A stretch of 62,898 nucleotides of DNA, the filler included, from Globobulimina sp. (lineage: Eukaryota): the NCBI GenBank assembly GCA_003354225.1. It is 42 parts of 42 records of this genome, joined end to end, with 100 filler letters (N's around TTAATTAATTAA, not from the genome) between each part and the next. Parts side by side here need not be neighbours in the genome. Positions count along the whole stretch, not along the records: positions 12,009 to 13,409 come from PIVH01017280.1; positions 13,510 to 14,910 come from PIVH01017281.1; positions 15,011 to 16,411 come from PIVH01017282.1; positions 16,512 to 17,912 come from PIVH01017283.1; positions 18,013 to 19,412 come from PIVH01017284.1; positions 19,513 to 20,912 come from PIVH01017285.1; positions 21,013 to 22,412 come from PIVH01017286.1; positions 22,513 to 23,912 come from PIVH01017287.1; 34 more parts are not named here. One strand, 5' to 3'. Positions 12,486 through 24,012 of the stretch are shown in pieces. A model generated the notes under the pieces. That model was not told where the DNA came from, ran no database searches, and saw nothing but the letters and a program-made list of their open reading frames with translations. The position numbers were made by a program, and so were the translations under genes. How positions within the stretch are numbered: the stretch's first letter is position 1; each line of letters opens with the position of its first letter.

Positions 12486-13409
12486 TCACAGATACATTTG
12501 TATGACTTGCAACAAATCGGTGGTGTTTACAATCCAATCATGACAGGTATATGCATAGAATTTCATTCCTAAAGCGGTTGAATGGTGAGCATACATTCTA
12601 GTGCTTGTTCCAAATCTGTTTTTAGACACACTGTTGATTACAATTACCGCAGTCGATGCTTTGCTAAATACGATATTTGTTAATCCGGCACCAAACGCAC
12701 CAACCACAACATTTGCAGCATAGAATTGTTTCCCATATTGTAGCACATCAACAGTCTGCGGACCGCCGCTTCCATCAAACACATCAATTTTAATATTATT
12801 ATCATCCACATATTTATTTGAAACATCTGCCTCTATTTCATCAAAATTAGCAATAAATCTTCTTGATTTGGGACCTCTTTTAATTAATAAAATATTTCTA
12901 AAACGTTTATCATTTCCTATCTCTGTTTTATTCATAAGTTCGTACATCGCATTTCTTAAATAATTGGACAGAATCAATGTTGCAGCACGCCTGGAATACA
13001 AACATGGAGACATTTGAGGTATAATCATTTGTTTCGCGAACGATGGAGCTTCCATATTTAATCTGAATGTAGTCACTATTTTGTCAAATCATAATATACT
13101 GCATTTCAAGATTCTTCATCACAAAGTTTGAAAGGAGAGATTTGACAAAATAAAAAACTATATATAATATACCTCGATGTGTTGATATTCAATAAATGCA
13201 AAAAAGATTTAACATAAACACGACGTGGTTCGCTGACATGAATTATCCATTCCGTATTCATTCTCAATTCATTCAACAAAATAGCGATTCTCGGCAATGC
13301 CTCAACCATCCAATGATAATATCCCTTGCTTTGTGCCACATTGATAACTTTTGAATAATTCCTTATTTGCCATTTATTAGATATCCGGCGCTTATCTGAC
13401 TTCTGAACT
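12486..13409 (-). CDS. Glycosyltransferase family 61, 5'-partial; intron 13063-13172
   Basis: YYHWMVEALPRI and VVGAFGAGLTNIVFS motifs; GT-AG intron joins the two ORFs in frame. Confidence 0.85.
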
Positions 13410-13671
13410 NNNNNNNNNNNNNNNNNNNNNNNNNNNNNNNNNNNNNNNNNNNNTTAATTAATTAANNNNNNNNNNNNNNNNNNNNNNNNNNNNNNNNNNN
13501 NNNNNNNNNTGCATAGATGTTTCGTATGTAAACTGCTATCGTAGTTTAAAAATCCAATCTCGGCTAGAAGTGACTGTAAAAGTGACATGCTTTCGAATGT
13601 TTAACCTCCGAACTTAGTTAGTCACACTATTGTTACAAAAAACATTAATTGAAAACCTCATTTTGCCTGTG

Positions 13672-14736
13672 TTAATATTCAAAATAAACACAGTTTGCAA
13701 ACATACCACAAGACAATTCATTGTGATTACATTGATGCATCGATTTTTTATCAATTTCATCGTTTGTATTAAAGCATTCAATTGCAGATATTTTTATTGC
13801 TGGTGATTTTAATAAATTTGATATTGGATAACAATTAATATCATTGTACAAGTCTCCATTATCATTTTGTTGTGAGTTTAATATAAATTTGCATTCTTTG
13901 AACTGAATATCATTTATTTCTTTTATAATTTGCTCACATCCAATACAAACAAGCATATTTTCTTCAATTTGATTTTGATTCAAAAAATCAAAAATTTGCC
14001 TCAAATTAAATGTGCTTTGTTTTTCATTTCCATCCAAATTACAAAAGGATATAATAAATGGATTAATTCCTAAATAAATATGTATCTGAATCAAGTAAAA
14101 TCTCTCTTTCCTTTTATTATCCATTGTATATAATACGGATGAACTCATTCCTTTGATTGGCACCGATGAAAAACAACAACAATTCCATAGTTTTGTATTT
14201 CTTCCCATTTCAGAGTCTGTTGATTGATACATTTTTTGAATCCATTTTTCTTGCATTATCAGCTGCAAAAATCTTATTTCAATGTTAATAAATATAATAA
14301 TCGTTGGTCTATATTTCCTGAGCCATGTCAATAATTTTCCATATACCTTTTTTTTATCATCCATTTCATTGTATTTATACACAGATATGGTTGACACTGA
14401 AAATTCAGAATAATCTATTTTTGATAACCTCTGTTCACTAAACTCAATCAAATGAAAGGTTTTATCATTCCGAACTTCCCATTTGTTTAGTTTATTATTA
14501 TAGGAATAAGAAAATTGACTCAGTCCTCTTAATTTTGATGATATTTTACTAACATCAACAGATTCATTCTTATTATCATCTTGTATGCCATCTGGATCCT
14601 TCATATCGTTAAAATCTAAATGTTTTACAGTAACACTTGTTCCATCTCTGCGAGTAATTTTGGTTGGAACAGATTTCAATGTATTTTCTTTTTTGAATGC
14701 AGCAAGGTCTGCAAATAGTGATTTTTTCGACAGCAT
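13672..14736 (-). CDS. WH2-like motif plus degenerate EEP (TDP2-like) fold protein
   Basis: LFADLAAFKKENTLKSVPT; PTIIIFINIEIRFLQLIMQEKWIQKMYQSTD resembles the TDP2-like DxIxLQEV..W..Y segment without its catalytic residues. Confidence 0.5.
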   Translation of the reverse strand: MLSKKSLFADLAAFKKENTLKSVPTKITRRDGTSVTVKHLDFNDMKDPDGIQDDNKNESVDVSKISSKLRGLSQFSYSYNNKLNKWEVRNDKTFHLIEFSEQRLSKIDYSEFSVSTISVYKYNEMDDKKKVYGKLLTWLRKYRPTIIIFINIEIRFLQLIMQEKWIQKMYQSTDSEMGRNTKLWNCCCFSSVPIKGMSSSVLYTMDNKRKERFYLIQIHIYLGINPFIISFCNLDGNEKQSTFNLRQIFDFLNQNQIEENMLVCIGCEQIIKEINDIQFKECKFILNSQQNDNGDLYNDINCYPISNLLKSPAIKISAIECFNTNDEIDKKSMHQCNHNELSCGMFANCVYFEY

Positions 14737-15010
14737 TATACGCAGCCTGGTCGATTTTTAGTATTGAGTTTGCAAAGTTAATACAAACTGTACATTAGGG
14801 CTCTCCGATAAGTACTGATTTTTTTTGCTGTTTGAAAAGGTTTTTTTGTTTTTTACTGATCTTATCAAACACCTCACCAATCGTCGCTATGCCGGTGTCT
14901 CATCGTAATANNNNNNNNNNNNNNNNNNNNNNNNNNNNNNNNNNNNNNNNNNNNTTAATTAATTAANNNNNNNNNNNNNNNNNNNNNNNNNNNNNNNNNN
15001 NNNNNNNNNN

Positions 15011-16040
15011 CGGATAATTAAGGATTTATTTCATATTATTATAACTCATATTTTATTGGCAAGCAACTCAAGAATAAAAATGAGTTAATTTCGAGGGCAA
15101 TTCAGAGTATTATTGATCCTTTGTATTCGCCACAAGAAAATGTTCGGTCTGATCGCGTAAAATCTCAGCAATTGATAAAAATTGAAAATTCAGAGAAATA
15201 TCACGTTGTGATCCGAATGTTGCAGTATTTGAATGAAAAAAAAGGTGTTATTAAAGATATAAAAGATGTTAAAAATATAAAAGCTGACATTTATTATTCG
15301 ATATTGCCCAAACAAAGAAGTGTTGCGTTGACAGTTGAAGGGGTGCATCAAGATGGAAATAATGAATTTATTGAGGATAAAATAGCAAATATTTATCAGT
15401 ATATAAATGATGTAAATTCAGTGTCGGTTTCATTGCCAATATTGATGCTATTAAAAGGAAATAAAAATGATTTTATAAATACGTTTGAAGAGAAATATAA
15501 TGTCATAATCAGTACGCCTCCGATTTCGGGCAATGTCGGACATATTATCGAGAAACACAAGCAACAGAAACGGTTGTTTTTAAGTAATGATAGTGAGTCA
15601 AATAAAAATCAGCAAATTATGGCGAAAATATATTTTTGGTGTAAAAACGAAGAGAAAAATGATAAAAATAAAAAATTAATTCAAGAATATTTTGAAAATA
15701 TTGCGTATAAACATATTGATATTCCTATTCCCATTGATTTGTTATATCGAGCAACCACAACAGATACAAATGAAAACAAAGCAAAACCAAAACGAGTGAA
15801 TAATGAGATTGATGCTTGCAAATATTTTGAAGCTGAATATGATTTAATTGGTGTTATAAAACATTATATGGATAAAAATCTGAAAATATTTAATCCAAAA
15901 CCATTCAATTCGCGCTATTGGTTGTATTCGGAGAGAGAGAATAAAGCAAATTTGGATAGATTTAAAAATGAGATCGAAACATTATTGAATCAGTGTCCTG
16001 TCATAGATTTAAGAGAAATGGCTCCGTTGATTCAGTTTTT
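15011..16040 (+). CDS. Hypothetical eukaryotic protein fragment
   Basis: Long AT-rich open frame running into a bacterial segment. Confidence 0.5.
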
Positions 16041-16411
16041 AAAACGGCAGATAGAGGTGACCCAGTGTGACCTGCCCCATCGCCATCATATTGTGCTTGA
16101 GGTTGTGCGATCAGGGCCCGATGGCAAAAGCCCCGGGACCATGCTGGTGATACATACGCTTTGGGGCGGAAAGTTGAACCGACCCTTTGCCATGGCGTTG
16201 GAAGCTGCCTGGATAAAACGATTTGGAGAAGAACCCGAGATTTTTCCGGGCAATGATGCCATAGTTATCCAGCTGCCCCACCAACTTGAGCCCGAAGAGG
16301 TGTTATCCCTTGTGCCGTCAGGTCAGGTGGAGGATCTTCTAAAAAGCCAATTGGAGCGAACCGGGTTTTTCTCTGCCAGGTTCCGTGAAAATGCAGGTCG
16401 GGCGCTCTTGG
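16040..16411 (+). CDS. lhr: Bacterial Lhr-family helicase internal fragment (chimeric segment)
   Basis: LPHRHHIVLE..HTLWGGKLNRPFAMAL..FFSARFRENAGRALL; abrupt rise in GC. Confidence 0.85.
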
Positions 16412-16511
16412 NNNNNNNNNNNNNNNNNNNNNNNNNNNNNNNNNNNNNNNNNNNNTTAATTAATTAANNNNNNNNNNNNNNNNNNNNNNNNNNNNNNNNN
16501 NNNNNNNNNNN

Positions 16512-17292
16512 TAAATATGCGCATATTGAAAAAATACAAAATAAAATATATATTTTAGGCACAGAAGACGATGATAAAAAGTCAAATGAAAATGATAATT
16601 TTATATTCATTCCATATGACGCATATAAAGTAAAACAAAATGACAAAATTGCATTATTACAGAATGGATTTGGTGCAAAGGCAGTTACCATTTCAGCTAC
16701 GGTGGGTAACACAGATTTTATTTATATTATTGGTGGTTTAGTTAAAGAACATAAAGAAGCAATTCCCGCGCCATGTGATGTAATTTGGGTATTCAATGTG
16801 TCATTAGCTAATAAATCGGGGATAGTCCAAAAAAAAGTAAATGAAAGTAAATGGTCAAAAAGATATTTATTTGCTAGAATTATATCATTTGGTATTATAA
16901 ATTATAAAAATAAATATTTGATTACATTTGGTGGTTTTCATTATAATATTAAAAAAGACAAAACATTTGCTTTAAGCAATCGAATATATATTTTAGATTT
17001 AGAGGATGGGGAATGGTATCGTATTAATAAGAGATTACAATCAAAAGGTAAATATTTTGCCGTGTATATTGATGATGGATCATATAATTCAAATTTTGTA
17101 CATTTATTTAGTTATCGAGGTAAACATTTTACCGTTAAGATCAATGACATTTTAAATGAATTACGGAATGGTCAATGTTGCAAATTAAATGACAATTGGA
17201 CAGTCCAAGGAAAAACTGTATTACCTACAAAATCAAAAAGTGTCGTAAATTTGGGGCCAAAAATGGGTGATGGGGATTCGGATGATGACTAA
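16512..17292 (+). CDS. Kelch-like beta-propeller protein C-terminus
   Basis: IYIIGG..IWVFN, LITFGG..IYILDL..W repeats. Confidence 0.7.
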
Positions 17293-17558
17293 TATAATTA
17301 CACCACAAGGAGATAGCTACTTTTTTGCGTTGAACGGTTTGTATTAGTTTGCTACGCATATTCGCAACAAATACCTCTTATCATCATACTTCAGGAAAAG
17401 TACACATCTCCTTATTTGATTTACTAATTATTATTCTAATTTATTAATTTTATTTGTAAAATATTTTCTGACAGTTGTTGACAAAAGTGACTTTCAAGTA
17501 TTTTTCTTTTAGTCTCCACATTATTTTTTCACAATTGCAACTAAAAAACCTTTAAACC

Positions 17559-17912
17559 ATGTTCGCAAGAAGACGAATCATTCAACAACATCAACAACAT
17601 CAACCCATACAAAATGCTAACAAATCCTCATCATTTATATCATTTAAACTTTTAATCATCATCTTTGTCATAATATTATGCTCCTTGTCATTGTATTTAT
17701 CGACTCAAATATTACAATCCCAAAATGATTCAATTGATTTGAATGACCAGATCACGTACGATGATAATGATGAACATGAATCGGAGCAAAAATCAATGTT
17801 TCGGAATGATAACAAAGAATTAAGAATTACTCAACAAAAATCGCTGACAATGTATCTTCTTCGCGAAGGACACAGTCGCTGCTTCTACTTTGCTCGTGGC
17901 GGGGGGCGTGGT
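17559..17912 (+). CDS. Type II membrane protein N-terminus
   Basis: Short basic tail, single TM, acidic stem. Confidence 0.5.
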
Positions 17913-18012
17913 NNNNNNNNNNNNNNNNNNNNNNNNNNNNNNNNNNNNNNNNNNNNTTAATTAATTAANNNNNNNNNNNNNNNNNNNNNNNNNNNNNNNN
18001 NNNNNNNNNNNN

Positions 18013-18805
18013 TTGAAGAACCACTCGATGCGGTGGATATTACATATCCGGGAAGGTCCTGTCTATAATTGTCTGATCCGTCAGATTCAACATAACCAAA
18101 TATCATTGGTGGCTGCGTAATCAGCACACAAGCGAGCATTGCAAAGAGTACAGCCACGCCATGTTTCGGTGTGATTTTGTCGCCCAACAGCAGCCAGCCT
18201 GCAATCGACGTGAACACCGCAGCCAAAGCTTTCAACGTCACACAGTCTCCAACGGCGATTAAGGTGGTGCCTTCAAAATAGGTGAAGGTGGAACCGGCGC
18301 CAAACATTCCACGACCAATTATTGCTAAAATTTGCCTTTTCTCCAATATAATTGTGCTTGAATTTGTGCTCTGTTTTGCTTCTCGCTCTGCGCTGGTTGA
18401 TTGACTATATTCTTTTTGCATCTTTTTGCGTTTGAAATAATAGGTTGCTGCAGCAACAACCATTTGGACCGATGCTCTATACACTAAGACCTCTGCTGCA
18501 GAAAAGCCCAACATAGAGGCCCATCGGACCAACGTTGCTAATCCAGAATAAAATACCCCTGACATTAACATCAATATTAGGCCAAACACGACTTTTTGTT
18601 TTGATTTTTTGTCAACTAACTCATCAGTTACATGACCTTCTTTTTCTAATTTTTCTACTATTTCTTCTATTTGATTGTTTTTTAATAAGGAGCTTAATTT
18701 TGATCGTGATGCCAGCGATGTTTTTCTACGCTCGCGCTCGCGGTTAGAATACAAACTCAGTACGTTGTGTTGTTCACTGCTATTGAGACTGAGATTCTCC
18801 ATCAT
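18013..18805 (-). CDS. EamA/DMT (SLC35G-like) transporter, 3'-partial
   Basis: RGMFG, IAVGD, FTSIAGWLLLGDKI, LITQPPMIFG. Confidence 0.88.
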
Positions 18806-19091
18806 GATGGTTAGACTACCGGCCTTAGTGAGCTATATACTGCGTTTAGTGAGGAAAAGTGTAACAAGATGGGTTCAAACTTCAAAGAGCATTTGTTTTT
18901 AATTATTTCCATTATTGCGTGTTTTATTTGATTTTGGATGTTTATGTATTTTTTTGTCTCTTTCGTCTGTTATTTGTATACCGTACCTATAAAATAAATT
19001 AAAATTTCAGCACAAATCATATTTTCTTAGCTTTGAGTTCTCTATCTTTCTTTAATCCTCTTTAATCCCAACACAATATAAGGATAACGTT

Positions 19092-19358
19092 ATGGGTTCA
19101 ACGCCTTCAACTTTCGCATTCTGTTGTGCATCCAAAGGGGATGCTAGAAACGATATGCGGAAACAAAATAGACATCGCTTACAGGTCGAAGGCCAAAATC
19201 ATAAACTAATTCAAAGGCTAACGCATATCGTAAACGATTTATCACAAAAAATGCAGGAACAAACTACAGACATTGCATGTTTAAAAGATCAGTTAATTGA
19301 ATCTAATCTATTCTATTCCTATTCCTTTTGCCTTTTATTATTTATACATTATGCATAG
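19092..19358 (+). CDS. Small coiled-coil protein with predicted N-myristoylation/palmitoylation (probably first exon)
   Basis: MGSTPS..CC N-terminus; divergent from the EamA gene. Confidence 0.4.
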   Translation: MGSTPSTFAFCCASKGDARNDMRKQNRHRLQVEGQNHKLIQRLTHIVNDLSQKMQEQTTDIACLKDQLIESNLFYSYSFCLLLFIHYA

Positions 19359-19763
19359 ATTAATATTGCAAGAGGCAGAGAACATAGCTGGCCATGGCCA
19401 ATATGAACCTGANNNNNNNNNNNNNNNNNNNNNNNNNNNNNNNNNNNNNNNNNNNNTTAATTAATTAANNNNNNNNNNNNNNNNNNNNNNNNNNNNNNNN
19501 NNNNNNNNNNNNATGGCCGATATTTCTTACTCGGTGACGGTGACGCCGACGCTGAGGGTGTGATATCTGGCATGAATGGCGAATATTGTGTGGACAATGC
19601 GGGTGAATGCATGGTGGGTTTTAATGTAGTTTCAATTCTGTTCACTGCCAATGATTTTGTAGTGGTTTTTTCCGATGGTATTGGTGAATCTGTGGTAAAT
19701 ATATAAAAAAATGGAGCTAAAAGTACGACATGAAAACGTTTTTATACTACAAATCCGTAAACA

Positions 19764-20702
19764 TCAGACGTAAAAACGCTTTTTTGTGTTTGTGAATGCA
19801 TGGAAATCCACAATAAAAATACCTGAATCAGATTCATCATTTTTTTTGTCATCTTCTTCTATGACATTAGTCAATAATTGTTTATGTTTTTTCGATGGTT
19901 TTTTTTTGTTATTTCTGCGTTTTGTACCCAAATTTGTATGTATTTTATTATTGGGGTCAAGCAATGAATTGGGGTCAATTAACAATAAATCGTCATATCT
20001 ACTTCTTCTCCGATCCAATCCGGTGAAAACTTGATCTTTTCCAAAATATCTCCTTGACTTTGGATTTGAAAATGATTCCTTGGCTGAAAAATCTTTGGCT
20101 TCCTCTTCTTTCTCTTCCTCTTTTTCCTCTTCTTGTAATGGTACAGACTGTGGTTGTGGTTGCGGTGCGGGAATAAACTCGGACAATTTTATATATTTTG
20201 TATCGTCTCCGTCATTTTCTATAATACTCAGTCGTTTTTCATGTTTTTTTTTGATTTTATTGGAGATTCCCATATTTATTTCTTTTTCATCGTGTTTTTC
20301 TTTGATTGTAATGGGTGGTTTTTTTCTCATTTTGTGGTTGTTTTTAGTTTTTTTTTGCTTTTTTGCGCTTTTTTTAGGTGTTTGTTGGTTATATTTTCGA
20401 TATATTTTTCTGTTTTTATTGTGCCTTCCGCCGTGTTTAAAAACTCTCGTTTTCTGATCTGCGGTTTTTTTATCCATAATTTCTTTAATAATTTGTTTGC
20501 GTACAAATAAGCCTTTATTTCGTGGACATCGAAAGTATCTTTTACCGTGAATTAAGCCGTCGTGCCGTGTTTTATGTTCTGTTCTTAATTCAATTCCATA
20601 CCATTCTCCTAAACCAAATCCGGTTTTACCTTTGAATCGAACTAGTCCTTCACGATCAGATGTAAGGTACACCATATCGCCAATTGCTACACGTTTGTTC
20701 AT
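19764..20702 (-). CDS. CAP-Gly domain protein
   Basis: GLVRFKG..GEWYGIEL..HDGLIHGKRYFRC..GLFVR followed by a low-complexity tail. Confidence 0.9.
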   Translation of the reverse strand: MNKRVAIGDMVYLTSDREGLVRFKGKTGFGLGEWYGIELRTEHKTRHDGLIHGKRYFRCPRNKGLFVRKQIIKEIMDKKTADQKTRVFKHGGRHNKNRKIYRKYNQQTPKKSAKKQKKTKNNHKMRKKPPITIKEKHDEKEINMGISNKIKKKHEKRLSIIENDGDDTKYIKLSEFIPAPQPQPQSVPLQEEEKEEEKEEEAKDFSAKESFSNPKSRRYFGKDQVFTGLDRRRSRYDDLLLIDPNSLLDPNNKIHTNLGTKRRNNKKKPSKKHKQLLTNVIEEDDKKNDESDSGIFIVDFHAFTNTKKRFYV

Positions 20703-21012
20703 TGTTTACAATTGATGACAATTACAGAACCATCATTCAAATTGTGCTAGTACTGACTTCAAGTTTTCATTTAAAAAAGTGCCCCCCCTGACGTGAAAAA
20801 CTTTGTTTTCGGAAACACGTTACCAGCCTCGATATTATTGCATATGGTTAAAATACTAAAAAAACTAGTTTCTTTTCTCTTACTCTGAAACATCCTTGCA
20901 ATATATTTGTTTNNNNNNNNNNNNNNNNNNNNNNNNNNNNNNNNNNNNNNNNNNNNTTAATTAATTAANNNNNNNNNNNNNNNNNNNNNNNNNNNNNNNN
21001 NNNNNNNNNNNN

Positions 21013-21209
21013 TTTGAGGTCACACCAATCTTTTTACCGATGATCTTGGCACCAGCATCAAGGCGGCGCTCTACCATCCGCAGCGAAATGTGGTAAGCAT
21101 CCTCAATACTGATATCGTCATACTGTTCAGTAAAAGGGCGTAGGGTCTCACGCTTGGTCAGAGCCTGATAAAGATCGTCACCACATTTCTGGATCAGTTG
21201 TTTATCCAT
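21013..21209 (-). CDS. dmpE: Bacterial 2-oxopent-4-enoate hydratase N-terminus (aromatic meta-cleavage; chimeric segment)
   Basis: GDDLYQAL..ISIEDAYHISLRMVERRLDAGAKIIGKKIGVTS (MhpD/DmpE family); GGA upstream of the ATG. Confidence 0.85.
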
Positions 21210-21229
21210 GGTTATTTCCAGTAAGGTTC

Positions 21230-21480
21230 TGCTGAGTTCTTTTGTGATGGTTCAAGGAGCTTTTTGGGCTAGTGTATTTCTAGGAACCAAGTATCCGTTA
21301 TGGGTTTTTCTCAGTGGAATGATGATTACATATCTCAACTATTACAATGGAACACCAATTGCCATTGTGATGAGTTCAGATTTGAGGCGTCATATCAAAA
21401 AAGTGATAGGAATCAAAGAAAACACCACCAATGACATACAAGTCAAACCCAAACCGCAGAGAGCAAACGTAGACAACTAG
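21230..21480 (+). CDS. Possible 7TM receptor C-terminal fragment
   Basis: Hydrophobic helices, TPIAIVMSSDLRRHIKK resembles TM7 plus helix 8. Confidence 0.3.
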
Positions 21481-22045
21481 TAACAATGAAATTTGGTTTA
21501 TTATATTACGCTATTCAAACTTTCCATGTAAAAAAACGACTTTGTTAGATACACTTAGGATCATATTCCATTGATATTCTATGTTTTCTGAAATGTTGTG
21601 CTGTATTTTGTACTTATATGATTATTTTGAACAGTCTATTATTTTTTGGGAAAATAGTAGGCCTTCGTCTATTCTTCTATAACTACTCTGTCGATTGGTC
21701 AATTAATATATGTTTTATTGTATATTTTTGTGTTGTTAATTTTAGGATGATGATGTTTAATGCTTGATGAGTAGTTTAAAAAGGTGTTAAGGCAGCTAAA
21801 CAGCAAAAAATACTTTAATATAAGTTAAGAAATATTGCGTGTGTTTTCGTGTGTCCGTCCAGATTTTCACACCAATGTAGTTGTGGTGACATAGGTTAGT
21901 AAGTACAGTAGTTAACATAACGTGTCCCACCAAGATTTTAGACCTATCTATTTAAAATATAGTTGTTCTTTGGTTATTGACCAAATCCAAACATTTTCTG
22001 GGAGTTCGTAATCTTTATCATTTATGAGAAAGGAACTTTTGTCGT

Positions 22046-22412
22046 TTATTGATTGTTTGTTGTCGACATTGCAGTAAACTAACGGATCTTTTCTATTTTA
22101 TTGATTGTTTGTTGTCGACATTGCAGTAAACCAACGGATCTTTAATATTTTATTGATTGTTTGTTGTAGACATTGCAGTAAACCAACGGATCTTTCATAT
22201 TTTATTGTTTGTTTGTTGTCGACATTACAGTAAACCAACGGATCTGTTATATTTTATTGTTTGTTTGTTGTCGACATTGCAGTAAACCAACGGATCTTTC
22301 ATATTTTATTGTTTGTTTGTTGTCGACATTACAGTAACCAACGGATCTTTCATATTTTCTTGATTGTTTGTTGTCGACATTACAGTAACCAACGGATCTT
22401 TCCTATTTTATT
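22046..22412. repeat. Minisatellite, about 7 copies of a 52-bp unit
   Basis: GTCGAC core at 22062, 22114, 22166 (GTAGAC), 22218, 22270, 22322, 22373. Confidence 0.95.
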
Positions 22413-22512
22413 NNNNNNNNNNNNNNNNNNNNNNNNNNNNNNNNNNNNNNNNNNNNTTAATTAATTAANNNNNNNNNNNNNNNNNNNNNNNNNNNNNNNN
22501 NNNNNNNNNNNN

Positions 22513-23911
22513 AATAAATTATTTTGCTAAAAAATGTCATAGTAAATCAAGGAGCAAAGCAAAAGGAACAATATATTTAACACAAATCAAAAGAATTGAA
22601 TTTGTTCAGTATATACCAACAATAAAATCACTATTAAACAGCAATATTAATGATAATACAGTCGGTGAGAGTGACCATAATCATTTTGTATGTAATAAAA
22701 ACCTAAATGGTTATAATATAATTTGTGATCATAACATTATTTCCTCCACTCAGCCACCACCAAATTATTGTTGCACACAATGTGACAGAGATAACAACAG
22801 ATTCCAATACATTCGTAACCGAACAAGGTCATTGCCACAAAACCCTATCATATTATCACCATCTTCGACAGAAACAATTAGCGAATATGACGATGAATAT
22901 GATCTAAATATACATCAATCATTAATATCACCGACAAACAATAATACGAATCTTAACAATATTATCTCGCCATTCATTGACAAAAATAAAAATATCGTTT
23001 CCAGAAACGAAGAATGCAAAATATTTGAAGGGATATTAAAAAATACTAAATTAGGATTGAAGTGTTGCCGAAGATATGCATTTGCATTGATAGGTAATGA
23101 TCGTGCATGGATATTATCGGCGGACAATAACCAAATATTAAAGCAATGGCTCTCTATATTTCATAAGTTATGTCAATACAAACCAATGTTATCTGGTTAT
23201 TTATCATTGAAATATAAGAAAAAGATAAGACAATGCTTTGTTGTTTTGTACACAAATAAGTTATTAAACTGTTATAAAGATAACAAGTGCGTATTTGATA
23301 TTGATTTAAGGCATTTGATGTGGATCAAATATGATGCCAAGCAGTTAGAAATTGTGACATTGAATAAAAATTATACGTTTCTGACGCAAGAGAATGATGT
23401 AAATGAATGGTATAACAACATTTGTAATTTATTTTGCATTTCAAATGTGACCAACAATATTTACTATGATTCGTTTGTGTGTTTAATAACAAGCGATCAT
23501 AATGACTCAAAGTTAAATAATCGATATATTGCATTGTTTAAAGGATATTTAGTCATCTTTCAAAGTAAAAAACAATTGAATCTAATCGAAAAAATGACAT
23601 TTTTTAGTTATAGAATGTTTGCCGATTATTTACGAAATAAAAATTGTATCATTATACCATTAAATAATGAAAAAATTATTAAAATTGAAGAGATTTCAAA
23701 TGAAAATTGTAAATATGTATTTTCTGTATCTCATGGTGATAGAAAATGGTATTTTTATTTACAAACAGAATTTATATTAAAACAGTGGATGAATTTGTTA
23801 TTTTATAAACAATTATCATCATCGCCATCGGAATTGTTACATTCCAAGTCGTTTCAAGAAGTTCAAAAATCTCAATATAACGATGCAGCGGTAAATAAAG
23901 GATCATTCTAA
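22513..23911 (+). CDS. Protein with tandem PH-like domains, 5'-partial
   Basis: Repeated F.L...R.W.L.A......QW; GYLSLK..FVVLY..L.CYK. Confidence 0.7.
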
Positions 23912-24012
23912 TNNNNNNNNNNNNNNNNNNNNNNNNNNNNNNNNNNNNNNNNNNNNTTAATTAATTAANNNNNNNNNNNNNNNNNNNNNNNNNNNNNNNN
24001 NNNNNNNNNNNN

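Noticed and set aside
15121-16467. Novel eukaryote-Lhr helicase fusion acquired by horizontal transfer
   Set aside because: Abrupt compositional break, mid-domain entry and three similar joins elsewhere point to chimeras
17488-17497. TGACTTTCAA-like motif near several gene starts (also 9007, 20754)
   Set aside because: Short, AT-rich and inconsistent in orientation; not distinguishable from chance here
19786-20510. Antisense ORFs rich in Phe/Leu/Ser (also 110-436, 29446-29769, 61514-61913)
   Set aside because: Shadow frames of K/E/N-rich genes on the opposite strand
22046-22412. CRISPR-like array
   Set aside because: The whole 52-bp unit repeats with no unique spacers and no cas genes: a minisatellite
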